Source: Eledone cirrhosa (Eukaryota). From it: a stretch of 64,000 nt of DNA. This document shows, in pieces, positions 24,843 through 38,817 of the stretch. Below the pieces are notes generated by a model. That model made no database searches and was not told the origin of the DNA. It was given only the letters and a program-made list of their open reading frames with translations. The stretch spans positions 290,222,001 to 290,286,000 of the forward strand of contig OZ024743.1 of assembly GCA_964016885.1 (NCBI GenBank). Direction: 5' to 3'. How positions within the stretch are numbered: the stretch's first letter is position 1; each line of letters begins with the position of its first letter. A program made the translations under genes and the position numbers.

Positions 24843-25445
24843 TCCAAGGCACCCCGTATGCCCTTGACTGGAGTATCGTTCGGAAAGCGAATTCATACTC
24901 GGCTGGAAGCAGAAAGTGAAGGCTATGCCTATTCGATGCCATGGAGATAGTCAGTCTGAAGGATGATGCGGTCAACCTGAAATCGGAAATAATCATGACG
25001 TGCAGACACCAGAGAAGGTGCAAACTCTCCGCATGGAATCCACTGGGAGGCCCAGGCTAAAGGCATGCGGCGGAGCGTGCACCGACCAGAGCGGCGAAAC
25101 GGGTTCAAGGGACCAGACACAATACACGGATGACTATATATGCCCCGTGGGGCAAACCGAAATAACCCGGGATGCATACCCGACTCTGCACGTCAGCCTA
25201 GGCAAGAACATCGCCTGAACCGGGGCAGGTTGACCCGGATTCCACTGACTTTCAGTCAAATGCATTACACCTATTGGACAATATACCACAACCACAGTGA
25301 CATACTCCAGTATGGCCGGTCCAAGCACCCCCATAGATGTGTATCTTTCCAATAGAGAGTCCATTCTCTCCAGGTATTCCATCTTGTAACACATATATGT
25401 TCTGTATATCTCATGCTTCTCCTGTGTACTGTCTCATACGCATAC
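24843..25445 (+). mobile_element. 3' fragment of another PLE (GIY-YIG C-terminus, Hydra-type)
   Basis: Translates YALDWSIVRKANSYSAGSRK*RLCLFDAMEIV...NLKSEIIMTCRHQRRCKL, the same CxLC...CxH tail as PLE2. Confidence 0.7.
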
Positions 25446-25499
25446 GCGTTCCTAATTCTTTTTTTATATATCTCTATGTGACGTTATATCTATACTTTT

Positions 25500-25610
25500 A
25501 AATCCCGCCGAGGTTTACTTTGCCTTTCATCCTTACGGGGTCGATAAAATAAACTACCAGTAATGCACTGGATAATTGCTGGCCTTGTGCCTAAAGTAGA
25601 AACAGTTATA
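25500..25610 (+). mobile_element. SINE fragment (Meta domain + tail)
   Basis: aatcccgccgaggtttactttgcctttcatccttacggggtcgataaaat...gtagaaac. Confidence 0.85.
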
Positions 25611-25874
25611 TCTATACTTTTAATATATTGCACGTTTATTTTATATATGTGTATATACGTATGTGTATATATAGATGTATATATATATGTTTAGATATAT
25701 GTCTGTTTATATGTATGTGTATGGTTATATTGTTTATATATGTGCATGCTTATACCAAGACGCATCATTTCATGTATGACCCATTCTATGACCCATTATG
25801 TATATTTATATGACTTTGTGTATATGTGTATATATATATACATATATGTATATATATATATATATACATATATG

Positions 25875-25915
<41 letters not shown>

Positions 25916-26239
25916 CTTTGTAGGCGTGCGTGGGCCTGTATGTGAATATGCGCATATTTGTAAGAGTGTATATTAGCCAGTGTGTGTATGTGCGTGTGTA
26001 CAAGTACCCACTGTAGCGAAAGGGCTTGTTTGTGTGTGTATATATATATGAATATGGGTATATATATGTACGTATATATATATATATATATGTGTGTGTG
26101 TCTGTGTAAGTGAGTAGCGTGTGTGTGTTCGTCTGTATGTATGAGTGTTGCTGAGTGCGTATGTATGTGTGTGCGCGCATAGGTATGCGCGTGTGTGTAT
26201 GTCGTACGTATGAGTGTCAATGAGTTTTTTTTTTTTTCG

Positions 26240-26495
26240 CGCGGTTAAAACGTAGTTAAACCACTGGGAGTGAAGAACCCCTAGCCCTTGTCAGGGCATT
26301 CTTCTAGGAGAAGGTATCTCAGGAAACTGGGTTAACTCCGACATAAAACCCGTGGCTCAGTAGTTACCGATGATGTTGATCTTTTCTTCTTTTCGGGTTA
26401 TAGCTACTGTCGCTCAGAGAGTGGGATTGGCTCAGTGCACAGTATTTTCTCACTTTAAAAATATTCGTCACGCACAGGCATTGCACGAGTGCATT
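26240..26495 (+). mobile_element. RTE 5'UTR-like repeat related to 330-795
   Basis: Shares ctaggagaaggt, aaaacc, gatgatgt and tcagagagtgggattgg blocks. Confidence 0.4.
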
Positions 26496-26540
26496 AATAA
26501 TTATTAATAGTGTATTATTATTATTATTATTATTATTATT

Positions 26541-28025
26541 TGCATTTATCTTGCTTTATGTTTATACGAGTTATCACCAAGTCACAACCAGTGACCTCAA
26601 GAGACAACAAGGTCCGCCATGTTCAAGAAAGAACACACATATTCACACATGCATCCTTAGTGTTTAGACTTGTGATGTACTTATATTGACAGGATCTTCC
26701 TTAGTATATGGGCAGTTCCCATTAGTACTATCTTTTGTATTTCTCCTATACGCGGGTTTCCTGGGATTTGCGATAAGTAGTCGTTAGACCCCTTAGGTAT
26801 CATTCCCAGAGCGCCTACAACCACTGGTATTGTTTTAGTTCTCAATTTCCACATTTTTCCAATTTCTATCTCCAGGTCCTTATACTTGCTCAATTTTTCA
26901 AATGTTTTTATAGATACATTCTTGTCTATTGGAACAGACATATCAATTAGCAGGCATACCCTCTTTTGAAAGTCTTTCAATATTATATCAGGTCTGTTTG
27001 CATCTATTTTTCGGTCTATTTGGATGCTAAAGTTCCACAAGATTGAGATGTGATCTTTTTCAAGTATGGGAGGTGGTTGATGCTCCCACCAATTCTTTTG
27101 ATGGGGCAGGTCAAAATGCTTACACATTATCCAATGTATGTATTGTGCAGCTCTGTCATGCCTGTTTAGGTATTCGGTTGGAGCTATAGGACTGCACATT
27201 GAAATTATATGGTCAATGGTCTCTGGTTGTTTTTTCCATACACGGCATAATGGGCTGCACCCATTTTTTATTATGTTGGCTTGGTAATTTTTTGTTGGCA
27301 GACACTGATCTTGTGCCGATATAATCAGTCCTTCAGTCTCCTATTTCAGTCCAGAGGATGCCAACCACTGATGGGTTAAAGTGTTGTCAACATCAGGATT
27401 GTTAGCTCGCTCTGGGTATTTTCCATACAGAGGCTTTTCTTGCCATTTCTTAGCCAGTTTCTGTAGCAGTTCTTTCTTTGCAGTTACTTTTACCTGCTTT
27501 GCTTTTTCTGTGTTTTCCATTTCAGCAGTAAATGGGACTTCTGAAATGTGTAGTCCATTACTGTATCTTTGTGCTTCTTTTGTAATGGAATATGATCTTT
27601 TGATGCTTTCGTGTTTCAAAACGAGTTTGATCATCCAATAATGTGATTCCCTTAGATATGTAGATAATCCAATTGTTGCAGTTTTCAACGCAATGTCTAA
27701 CTGGATTAACCCACGTCCTCCTTCTTTCCTAGGGAGATATATTCTATCTATATCTGCATTAGGGTGATGCATTCTGTGCATGGTGAAGAATTTTCGAATT
27801 TTTGTATCGAGCCTACGGATCTCTGTGCTTGACCAGTTGATGACATTGTAACTGTAGGTTACTACTGGTATGGCAAGCGTGTTTATGGCATCGATCCTAT
27901 TCCTTGCATTCAATTCCGTTCTTAAGATTGCTCTTACTCTGCGGTAACATTCCTTCCTTATCCTTTCCCTCATTGTCGAGTGCTTGATTCCGTCTCCTTC
28001 ACAAACACCTAGATATTTGTAAGTA
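26541..28025 (-). mobile_element. 5'-truncated R4/Dong-type LINE (RT thumb, zinc knuckle, RLE) in (TAA)n
   Basis: ORFs 27341-28144 and 26681-27199 share a frame across one TAG. Motifs YKYLG, GGRGL, HDRAAQYIHW, NRPDII, IDMSVP, EKLSKYKDL and PVVVGALG. Flanked by (TTA)n on both sides. Confidence 0.92.
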
Positions 28026-28061
<36 letters not shown>

Positions 28062-28149
28062 GTCACTATTATTATTACTTTTTTTTTTTTTTTTTTCCCC
28101 AATTTAATGATGTTCCAGAACAATATAAAAGAGATAATTGGCAATTTAG

Positions 28150-31100
28150 GTTCTTGAACAAAAAAGATAAGGGCAGCAGCCTTAGGTTATCACAGACTGG
28201 GCCTGCTCGTCATCGTGCCATTGTAATAGAGCCAAACAAGGCATTTAGTCTTGGCTGCTGGAACGTACGGACACTGCTTGACAGGGAATCCTTGGAGCTT
28301 CCTGAACGAAGGACCGCTCTTATTGCAAACGAGCTTCGACGTTACGATCTTGACATCGGGGCTTTATCTGAGACGAGGTAAGCTGGAGATGGTCATCTTA
28401 CAGAATTTTGTGGAGAATATACATTCTTCTGGAAAGGAAGAGATGAAGGAACCAGAAGGGAGGCTGGGGTAGGATTTGTTGTTAAGACTATACTTGTGAA
28501 TAAATTAGAAGAATTCCCAGTTGGGATTAGTGAGCGTCTTATGTCCATAAGAATTCCGCTGGACAAAGGAAGATATGCGACCCTGGTGAGTGTGTAGGCT
28601 CCAACTATTAATTCTGTCGATGAAGAGAAAGTGTTCTTTTACCATGCCTTGAAAGGTGTTTTAAGAAATATCCCTCAGGCAGACAAAGTCATCGTGCTTG
28701 GTGACTTTAATGCTAGAGTAGGTAGGGATTTTAACACATGGAATGTAATCGGAAGGCATGGGGTAGGAAAGTGTAACAACAATGGTATGCTCCTGATGCA
28801 GATGTGTGAGGAGCTGGATCTGTGTGTTACCAACACCATGTTCCAACAAAAGAACAAATTCAAGACCACATGGATGCATCCTGCATTTAAGGAATGCATC
28901 TTTTGGACTACGTCCCAGTCAGGATGCGTGACAGACAGGATGTGCAGTGTGTTCGTGCTCTTCGTGGAGCTGAGTGCTGGGCGGACCACCGCCTGGTACG
29001 CGCAAAAGTGAAACTAATCACTAAACGTAAAATCCGGGCGCCTGGTGTTGCCCTGCCCAACAGATTGAATGCTGCTCCTCTTAAGGATAAAAATGTGAAG
29101 AGGACATTGGAAGAAGAGATGCAGGCTGCAGATCTTGGTGAGGATTGGCCGACCCTTAAAAAGTCGGTATATGATGTAGGCAGGCGTGTTCTGGGATTGG
29201 TGCAGAGAAAACATCAGGACTGGTTTAATGAGAATGATGTACATATAGAAGACTTGTTGGCTGATAAGAGGCGTGCTCTGTCACGCTAATTGACGACAAA
29301 ACCACAGGAGAGGAATACGTTGCATGAGGAACTCAAGGATGTAAAATCACGTATTAGGCTGAGTCTTTCTCAGATGAAGGATCAGTGGTGGAGTGAGAAG
29401 GCTGGTGAGATACAAACTGCGTCAGATTCCAATAACACAAAGCTGTTGTAAAGTCTCTCGCGTGAGGTTTATGGACCGTCTTCTTCTCTGGTGACATCGC
29501 TTCGCAGCAAGGATGGCAAAGAACATCTTCGTGACTCACAAGGAATTCTACGAAGGTGGCGAGAGCACTTTGATGATATCTTGAATCAGCCGTCTCTCGT
29601 CAGTGAAGATTTCCTCAATATCATTCCGGACAGTCCTGTGAAAGCAGCTCTCGCAGAACCTCCGACGCTTGTGGAGGTTGCAGTGGCTATTTCGAAGCTG
29701 AACAGTGGAAGATCTCCAGGTATGGATGGCATACATGCTGAGCTCCTACAATATGGTGGTGAGAGACTTCTGCAACATCTTCACTTTTTGTTTGGCAGGA
29801 TATGGGCTAATGAATCCGTACCTGAGGACTGGAGAGATGCAGTAATGGTGGTCTTGTACAAGGGAAAGGGTAACAGGAATGATTGTGGGAACTACAGAGG
29901 TATATGATTGCTTTCTGTCGTAGGGAAAGTTTTATGTAGGGTGCTTCTGGACCGTCTGCTGACACACATTGCAGATTGTGTTCTTCCTGAAAGTCAATCT
30001 GGTTTTCGTGCTGGACGCGGCACTACTGATATGATCTTCTCAGCTAGACAGCTCCAGCATGGAACAAGGCTTGGAACTGTATCAGGTTTTTGTCGATCTT
30101 ACAAAAGCTTTCGATACTGTTAACAGAGATGCATTATGGAAGGTTCTCCAGAAACTTGGTTGCCCTGATAAGTTCCTTGCTTTAGTTAGGTCTTTCCATG
30201 ACGACATGAAGGCTTGGGTTAATGCCGGAGGTAACATGTCGGAGCCTATCTCAGTAAAAAATGGAGTGAAACAGGGGGATATTCCAGCACCGACCCTGTT
30301 TGCCATATATTTTGCAATGGTTTTCTGTATTGCATTCAGGAATTGCGAGCATGGTGTTTACATCCGATATCGAACCTCAGGCAGCATATTTAACATCAGG
30401 CGCTTTGCTGCAAAGACAAAAGTATTTACATCAATCATAAGAGACCTCTTGTATGCAGTTGATTGCGATCTTGTAGCGCACACAGAGAGTGATATGCAGC
30501 ACATTTTGAATGCATTTTCTGACGCTTGCACTGCCCTAGGATTGACTGCCAGTCTCAAGAAAACCGTCGTCATGTACCAACCTGCCCCCGGTAAGCAGTA
30601 CACTGAACCAAATATCTATGTGTATGGTAAACGACTTGGAGTGGTTGATCAGTTTGTCTACCTGGGAAGCACTGCCAATCGATACAGCAACCTTGACAGT
30701 GAAATCTCACTTAGGATTAGGAAAGCAAGTGATGCTTTCGGAAAGCTAGAAAGGCGACTCTGGGATCGGCGAGACATATGCAGGAGGACAAAGGTAAAGG
30801 TGTACAAGGCATGTGTGCTCTCTTGTCTTCTTTGTGCCTGCGAGACCTGGGTCACATATCGACACCACCTTAAGCAATTGGAGCGTTTCCATCAGATGTG
30901 TCTCAGACGGATCCACGGCGTTCACTGGAGGGACCACATCAGTGATGTCGAGATTTTGGAAAGCTCTATGTGTGACAGTATAGAAGCTCTTGTGCTTAAG
31001 CAACGACTCCGTTGCAGTGGTCACCTTGCCAGGATGAAGGATTCTAGAATACCAAAACAACTCTTTTATGGAGAGTTGGTTAAAGGAAAACGACCGCCAC

Positions 31101-31470
31101 ATAAACCAAAAAAGAGGTATAAGGATTCCTTGAAAGCCTTTTTGAAAGACGCTAACATATCTGCTGATACATGAGAAAATATTGTTGCTGATCGTAATAA
31201 TTCGAGAAAGACTGTATATGAGGGAAAAGTTGCCTTTGAGGTATCTCGAATCACATACGAGAAAGTAAAGCGGGATGTGAGGGAGGGCATTGCTGTTGCA
31301 CTTCCAGACGGTGAGGGTCCTCATATGGTGCTAACATGCAGAATCTGTGCGAGACTCTGCCTAAGCAAAGCTGGACTCGAAAGTCATCTTCGCGGTCATA
31401 AAGTTATTACCAGTGGTTGACTACCAGGCTGCTGTTGGAGATGCTACTCGTCATGCTTGCCAAACATGTG
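28150..31470 (+). mobile_element. Near full-length RTE-clade LINE, inactivated (APE, RT, C-terminal C2H2-like finger)
   Basis: GCWNVRTL, ALSETR, LGDFNARVG, GNYRGI, QSGFRAGR, FVDLTKAFD, GVKQG, YAVD in place of YADD, FVYLGS, CRICARLC...HLRGH. Several frameshifts and stops. Confidence 0.93.
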
Positions 31471-31484
31471 GTAGAGAATGATTT

Positions 31485-31692
31485 CTTATATAGGCACAAG
31501 GCCAGCAATTTTGGGGAAGGGGAAAGTCGATTAAATCGACCCCAGTGCGTGACTGGTACTTTATTTTATCGACCCCGTAAGGATGAAAGGCAAAGTTAAC
31601 TTCGGCGGGATTTGAACTCAGAATGGCAAGGGCCGTAACTCTATGCGTTAAAGCATGGCGTCCGACCCTCTACCGATACTGCAAATTCACCA
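31485..31692 (-). mobile_element. Full-length SINE copy
   Basis: Reverse complement of a tRNA-like head (gagttcaaatcc B-box) plus the Meta domain. Confidence 0.88.
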
Positions 31693-31835
31693 GGAGGGCT
31701 CAAGCGACATTCAAAATTACATGAACTCCAACCACAGCCGACTATTCCCAGTGAATGTTTTGGTTGCCGACTCTGTGTAAGACATTTTAGATAATTGGCT
31801 GGGCTAAAAAGCCACATTCGATTGCAGCGCTGTTA
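31693..31835 (+). mobile_element. 3' end of another RTE-like LINE with C2H2-like fingers
   Basis: Translates GGLKRHSKLH...FGCRLCVRHFR*LAGLKSHIR, resembling the C-terminus at 31330-31400. Confidence 0.55.
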
Positions 31836-32023
31836 GTTGCTATCGTGTGTGTGTGTGTGTATATATATGTTTATGTGTGTGCGTGTATGTATATATATAT
31901 ATGTATATGTATATTATTATTGTTGTTGTCGATATTATTATTGTTGTTATTATTATTATTATTATTATTGTTATTAATGTATATGTGTGTGTGTATATAT
32001 ATGTGTGTGTATATATGTATATG

Positions 32024-32125
<102 letters not shown>

Positions 32126-32388
32126 ATATATATTTCTTTAGTTTTATTTTTATTTTATTTTTTATTTATCTATTAATTTTTTTTTTTTTTAAATTTAATT
32201 TTATCTTTTATTTTTTTCTCCTCGTGCAATGGCCATACTCGATAACGAGGGGGCAGCCATCATCATATGGGCATGTAGGCAGGCGTCTGTGTATGCATAT
32301 GTCTATGTTTTTTTATTTTATTTTATTTGTTCTCCTTAAGTGTGTGTGTATAGCGGGAGTCTATGCGTACGGATGTTGTTGTCTGTGT

Positions 32389-32446
<58 letters not shown>

Positions 32447-32469
32447 GTGTGTATATGTGTGTGTGAGTG

Positions 32470-32862
32470 CGCAGGTGGACGTGTGAAATACAAAACCCAG
32501 TAGTAATTCATCGAAATGTGGTAGAACAGCTGCTGGTCAGTAGAATTCACACCTGTTGGTCAGATTTATGATGAGGTAAAAGAGCAGCAGCCAATAACAG
32601 GACGCGCGAAGAGGATGTTTTTGAGGCTAACACCCCTGTGAAGGAATTTGCTCCGAAATCATTAGACGTTTCCGTCGAACCTGCAGATCCACACAATGAT
32701 CGTGTCTCGAGCTGTCCGCCGGCGAAACAATTGGAACACACAATAAATTGAGTTCAGATGCATCACTGATTTTTCGTTTTATATTATGTCATACTATGCT
32801 CTGTAAGAACATAGAGTGCTCAACCGGCATACCGGCTATGGAAGCACCTTAGCTGCCATCAG
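32470..32862 (+). repeat. Diverged single-arm relative of fold-back element D
   Basis: Colinear with 20630-21060: gaaatcattagacgt, ctcgagctgt, gaaacaattg, atcactgattttt, catagagtgctcaac. Confidence 0.7.
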
Positions 32863-32886
32863 ACACACACACACACACACACACAC

Positions 32887-32926
<40 letters not shown>

Positions 32927-34561
32927 ATTGTGTGTGTGTGTGTGTGTGTGCATATATATATCTTTATAGAGAATGGTGTAACATTTCATTTTACATCATT
33001 GTAAGATCGTTAAGACTGCCGTTACATGGTTAGTCCTGAAAAAGTCATCCCCCATACACACACACATACACATACACACTCACACACACACACACATATA
33101 TATACATGTATATATATATATATATATATAGAGATATATATATATATATATATATATATTCAAAGCGGGTTTCTGTGCGTGTACGTGTGGATATGAATCT
33201 TTTCATAATAACTTGACACCTTAATATGGTTAAATAACATTTGAACCGAAAATGCTTCACCTGATTGAACTCATCTAATTTAAACATCAGTTCTTATAAT
33301 GACAAAATTGTATTCACTTCCTGTGTAACATTCGAGATACTGCATTTCTTAATATAAATGAACACATTTTAGTCATTGGGAGGCAAATAATTTTTAATGT
33401 GTTCATATTCTGTAGGAAATTGGCTATTTTAAAATGTATAAATCGATTCAATCAATACACATGAATTCTTTTTTGAAGTGTATACTTGCAGCTTAATAGG
33501 GAATAAATGTAGATTCTAATTGATAAAATAAATTACAGTTTCGACAGAAATAACGTCTGTGTGTATTTGCATAACCGAAATATTTGCAGATATAAATTCT
33601 CCACACGTCATAGTGACCCACACGCTAAATAACATAACTGATTTAATTAAAGGTGGCTGTCCAATGTCGCCACATTTTATATTTGTACGTTTCCCTATTT
33701 TCTGGAAGCCTCAGTCTAAATGTTTCGATGTATACGCGTGTCCATTACATACTCTATTTCTGAGAAACATATAGTAATCCTGTGTTACGACCGATTATAT
33801 TTATGTAATTCGTTGATTATTCAACGATATACAGAGATCGTGCAGTAGGTTTTGATAGGAGATAATTCAAGAACCTCATTACAATTATTTAGCAACAATA
33901 TATATTCTATATTTCTTCGTCATATTACAAAATGCGTTGATTCAAACTCAAATTCAAATTTATTGATCACTGATCTTCAAATCTCTATCCATATGAAGAA
34001 AGGAAAATATTCAGTATGAATGAAACTAAATAATTAAATGTGAAATAACAACGAATTTTCATGATCTATGCTTTGTGCTCGTAATTTACACGGTCAGCCG
34101 TTTCTCCAAAGTTATATTATATTAAAACGGGCGTAGTTATGGTCCTTATATAAAATTGCCTATACATGGACATTTTGGAAATAATTCAGTAAGTCAATAC
34201 GTGTTGGTGATAGGAATAAGAATGTTCAAGAATGATTTTGTTTCATGTAGGACAATAATTAAACGTATTACTTTTTTTTGGGCTTTTTAAAGATATATTC
34301 TCCACCAACCAATATTCAAATCCACAATTTTCATAACTGCGGTAAATTTAAGTTAGTTTCTACTTCAATCGCAGTTAGACTAATTCTGGTGAAAAAAACC
34401 TGGTGAAAAAAATTTCTATTGATCCATATAAAAAACAACAGAAAGCGTATCCAATTACTTGCCAGAGAGTAACGCGGATGAAGGAAAGCTAGACAGTAAA
34501 GGAAAATATACATATATATGCTTGTATGTGTTCGCGATTACAGACGTCTCATTATATATAA

Positions 34562-34632
<71 letters not shown>

Positions 34633-34635
34633 ATA

Positions 34636-34745
<110 letters not shown>

Positions 34746-35134
34746 ATTTCACGTTATCAATAATGTAGTGATAATATATCGTCACGTTAGAGATGAACAG
34801 CGTACGTGTAGGTTTGCTCAACGAGTATAAATTATATTCCGGAGAAAATGTAGAAAAGATGAATATAAAATGAAAGTGCTTTTATAAAGGAATTTATTAG
34901 GTATTGACATATGTTTCTGTAACAAACGGAATACCTATGTATCGCTGCTTGCGTAATCATATAATGTTAGCAAGTATTCGATAGCAAATGTATAATCAGT
35001 TGTCACTTTTTCAGAGATATTGGATAAATTGGAAAAAATCAGAAAAATTAAAGTATTTATATTAGTTGTAAGAAAGGAAGAAGAGAAGGGATAGTATATG
35101 ACATATGGCAATTCAATTTGCTGGTAAACAAGTA

Positions 35135-35305
35135 TATATCTATCTATCTAAGGCGGGTAACATTCCCGAGATCCATGGACGAGCTCTCTCCAGCGGTCTC
35201 TGTCCCTCATTATCACTGCGATGTCCTGCGTCTCCAACAGAACAGTGTCTGTCCTTAGGGCATCAACATACGTTACCTTGGTCTTCCTCTTCTAGTGTGT
35301 CCATG
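35135..35305 (-). mobile_element. RTE/RTEX 3' fragment nested in the inverted arm of PLE2
   Basis: Reverse complement of the 7630-7790 family; absent from the matching region at ~38520; gtatata duplicated at both ends. Confidence 0.8.
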
Positions 35306-35857
35306 TATATAGAAGGTTTTTAATGAGAATACAATGAGTATATGGCTTATTTTATCTAAATAAGAATTTTTGGGAGTGCCTATTTTAATCTATATTTGAC
35401 CAATTGAACAATGGAGTTGATGGAATTAAGACTAATAGAGAATGTTAATATGTATTTTGACAATCAAACGGAGATGGAGACAGGCGTTCAATCCTGGTAG
35501 CGTTTATAATATGAAAATGTAGATTTCAAGCGATAGTTACAGTATAACGATCGCTCTATTCTGTTATTTAATAAAATATTTTTGGATTTTATAATACAAA
35601 ATATTTCCATATTACACAATTTACAATGTCAATACCTAATAATGTCATTACCTAATAAATTCCTTTATAAAAGCACTTTCATTTTATATTCATCTTTTCT
35701 ACATTTTCTCCGGGATATAATTTATACTCGTTGAGCAAACCTACACGTACGCTGTTCATCTCTAACGTGACGATATATTATCACTACATTATTGATAACT
35801 TGAAATTTTAATAATCTCCTATACAGTTGAGCAACTAATTCACCATACGTCTCTAAA

Positions 35858-38161
35858 ATGGAAAGGCATCAATTGGACATGTCATTAAAAAACATACCTA
35901 TTCAGGCAAGAAAGGAATATATTCTAGGTATGATACGAAGGACCAATGATTTTATTCGACGAATCAGATGGAAAACATTCCATTTTGACAAAAGCCGTAT
36001 CAACTAAACATCGGATCTTAACAAGGATAAATTTGGATTTAAATCTTACAAAAAACCACCCTCAAACCCACTTTTGGATGCATTTGAACAGGACCTAATG
36101 GATACGATAATGGAGATCAAATTTACAAAACGGAAAAACAATAAACTACAGAATGACATCACGACACTGCTCAATAATCTAACAAATGCCAATGGAATTA
36201 TTGTTAGAGCAGACAAAACATCAAACGTATATACCATAGATGTGGACACTTACAATAACTTCATCCGTAAGGAATTGCATAAAAAATACAAGAAAACTAA
36301 TGAAGCTACACTTAGAAACTGCAACAACTCAGCATGTGAAATTGTTAAAAAACTCTGTATTGACGATAGAACGCAACCCTTAACACCAGCTACACCATCC
36401 TTCAACCTGAAGGACCATAAGGTAAACTTCGATACTGACCCTAAAATTAGACTTATATGCCCCTCTAAATCTGATACAGGCAAAATTAGCAAATATATAC
36501 TAGACATAATTATCCCACAAATTAAGGCTAAAGTAGATATTAAACTATGGGGTAACACCCATGTGGTAATAAGATGGTTTAATAGCATTACTGATAAGAA
36601 GAAATCAAAATTTATTCAGTTCGATATTGATGAATATTATTCCTCAATCTCACCTGATACTCTGCATGAAACCCTTTCGTTCGCTAAGGCTAACTCCGAC
36701 CTTACTGATGATGAAATTAGTATTATTATGGAAGCGAGGAAAACTATTGTTAATTTGATGATAGCTACTGGGTTTGCAAAGATAGACCTTCTAATTTTGA
36801 TATAACTATGGGTTCCAATGTTTCGGCGGAAGTAACTGATCTTGTGGGAATTGATATCACCCACAGACTACAAGGAAAATTCAAGGATATCCACGGTGGA
36901 CTCTACCGTGACGATGCGCTCCTATTAGTTAAGCATATGAATAACCAGAATTTAGAAAGTATGCGTAAAAATATTAGAAAGCTTTTTAAGGAACTAGGAT
37001 TAAATATTACGTTTGAATATAACCTCAAAGAGGTTAATTTCCTTGATGTTACTTTGAATCTCAATACAGAAACCATTAAACCGTTCCATAAACTAAATGA
37101 GAACCTTAAATATGTAAATACGGGTTCTAACCATGCACCCTCTATAATTAAATCCATCCCTAGAAATATTTCCCTTAGAATCTCCCGCCTGTTGTCCATC
37201 CAGCAAACCTTCAAAGAACATGCCGAATATTATGATGATGCACTTAGGAAGGCTGGACACCTAGATAATATAGAGTATATGGTCGACAATCACCAACACA
37301 CCCAAAATAAATCTCATAGAGGTAGAAATAGCATAGAATCACCACCATACATACACTACCACAATAGACACACTAATAGTCGCACACCACCAAACAGAAG
37401 GCGAAGTAAAGAGTATATATGGAACAACCCGGTCTATAACAACTCTATTACAACCAATCTACCCTCACAATTCTTTCGATTAGTTCAAAAACATTTTCCA
37501 ACATCACATAATTATAATAAAATCTTAAACCCTAACACTATTCGACTTTCATATTCAACCGCCCCTAATATTGAACAACTTATAAAAAAGCTTAACGCAA
37601 AACGGTTGTATAAACGCCTTCCAACTCATAACAATACACGTAAAACATAGGCTATAACATCACAAAACAACGAACAACATCCCGTCCTGCCTAAGCAACC
37701 TCATTAACCCATCCATGCATAATTATAATTGTAACTGTGTCCAACCAGGAATGTGTCCGTTGAACAATCAGTGTCTTGAACGCAACATCATATACAAATG
37801 TACTATCGAATGGGGTAGCCAGAAGTGGTACTATGTGCGGTCTACAGCGACCTCCTTCAAATCTCGCCTTTATAGACATCGTTACTCGATAAAACATGAA
37901 AACCAGCGTAATGTAACAACACTCGCAGACAAGCTTGGCAGCTGCGCGAAAATAGCCAACAATTTAGCCTAAAATGGGATAATAATACTATCTGCCTCTG
38001 CATATAACCAAGGACAGGAATTTTGTAAATTGTGTAATCTGGAAATACTTTGTATTATGAAATCCAAAAATATTTTATTAAATAACAGAATAGAGCGATC
38101 GTTATACTGTAACCATCGCTTGAAATCTACATTTTCATATTACAAACGCTACCAGGATTGA
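35858..38161 (+). pseudogene. PLE2 RT + GIY-YIG ORF, disrupted
   Basis: SLKNIP...FIRRIRWK, ADKTSNVY, IRLICPSKSD, FDIDEYYSSI, GLYRDD, CNC..CPL..C..IIY..YYV, CKLC...CNH. Stops and frameshifts at ~36006, 36770, 37650 and 37935. Confidence 0.88.
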
Positions 38162-38817
38162 ACGCCTGTCTCCATCTCAGTTTGATTGTCAAAATACATA
38201 TTAACATTCTCTATTAGTCTTAATTCCATCAACTCTTCTATTCTTTACCATTTAATATAAACTGCTATAGATAAAATGAGATTTCTTAATTCAATTCCCT
38301 AATGCATATACCAGCATGCTATCAGCATTGTTGTTATACAGTAGCAGTGAAAATCTCTTCCTTACTTGACACTTTAATACTGTATTAATACTACTACACC
38401 AAACGACCAGCCCTGTCCATTGTTCAATTGGTCAAATATAGATTAAAATAGACACTCCCAAAAATTCTAATTTAGATAAAATAAGCCATATACTCATTGT
38501 ATTCTCATTAAAAACCTTCTATATATTTGTTTACCGGCAAATTGAATTGCCATCTGTCATATACTATCCCTTCTCTTCTTCCTTTCTTACAACTAATATA
38601 AATACTTTAATTTTTCTGATTTTTTTCCAATTTATCCAATATCTCTGAAGAAGTGACAACTGATTATACATTTGCTATCGAATACTTGCTAACATTATAT
38701 GATTACTACATAGGTATTCCGTTTGTTACAGAAACATATGTCAATACCTAATAAATTCCTTTATAAAAGCACTTTCATTTTATATTCATCTTTTCTATAT
38801 GTATATATATATATATA

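Noticed and set aside
31693-31835. Host C2H2 zinc-finger gene exon
   Set aside because: Contains a stop, lacks TGEKP linkers and resembles the RTE C-terminus nearby.
32215-32265. HDV-like ribozyme suggested by ctcctcgt
   Set aside because: Only a simple hairpin with acgagggg; I could not build the nested double pseudoknot.
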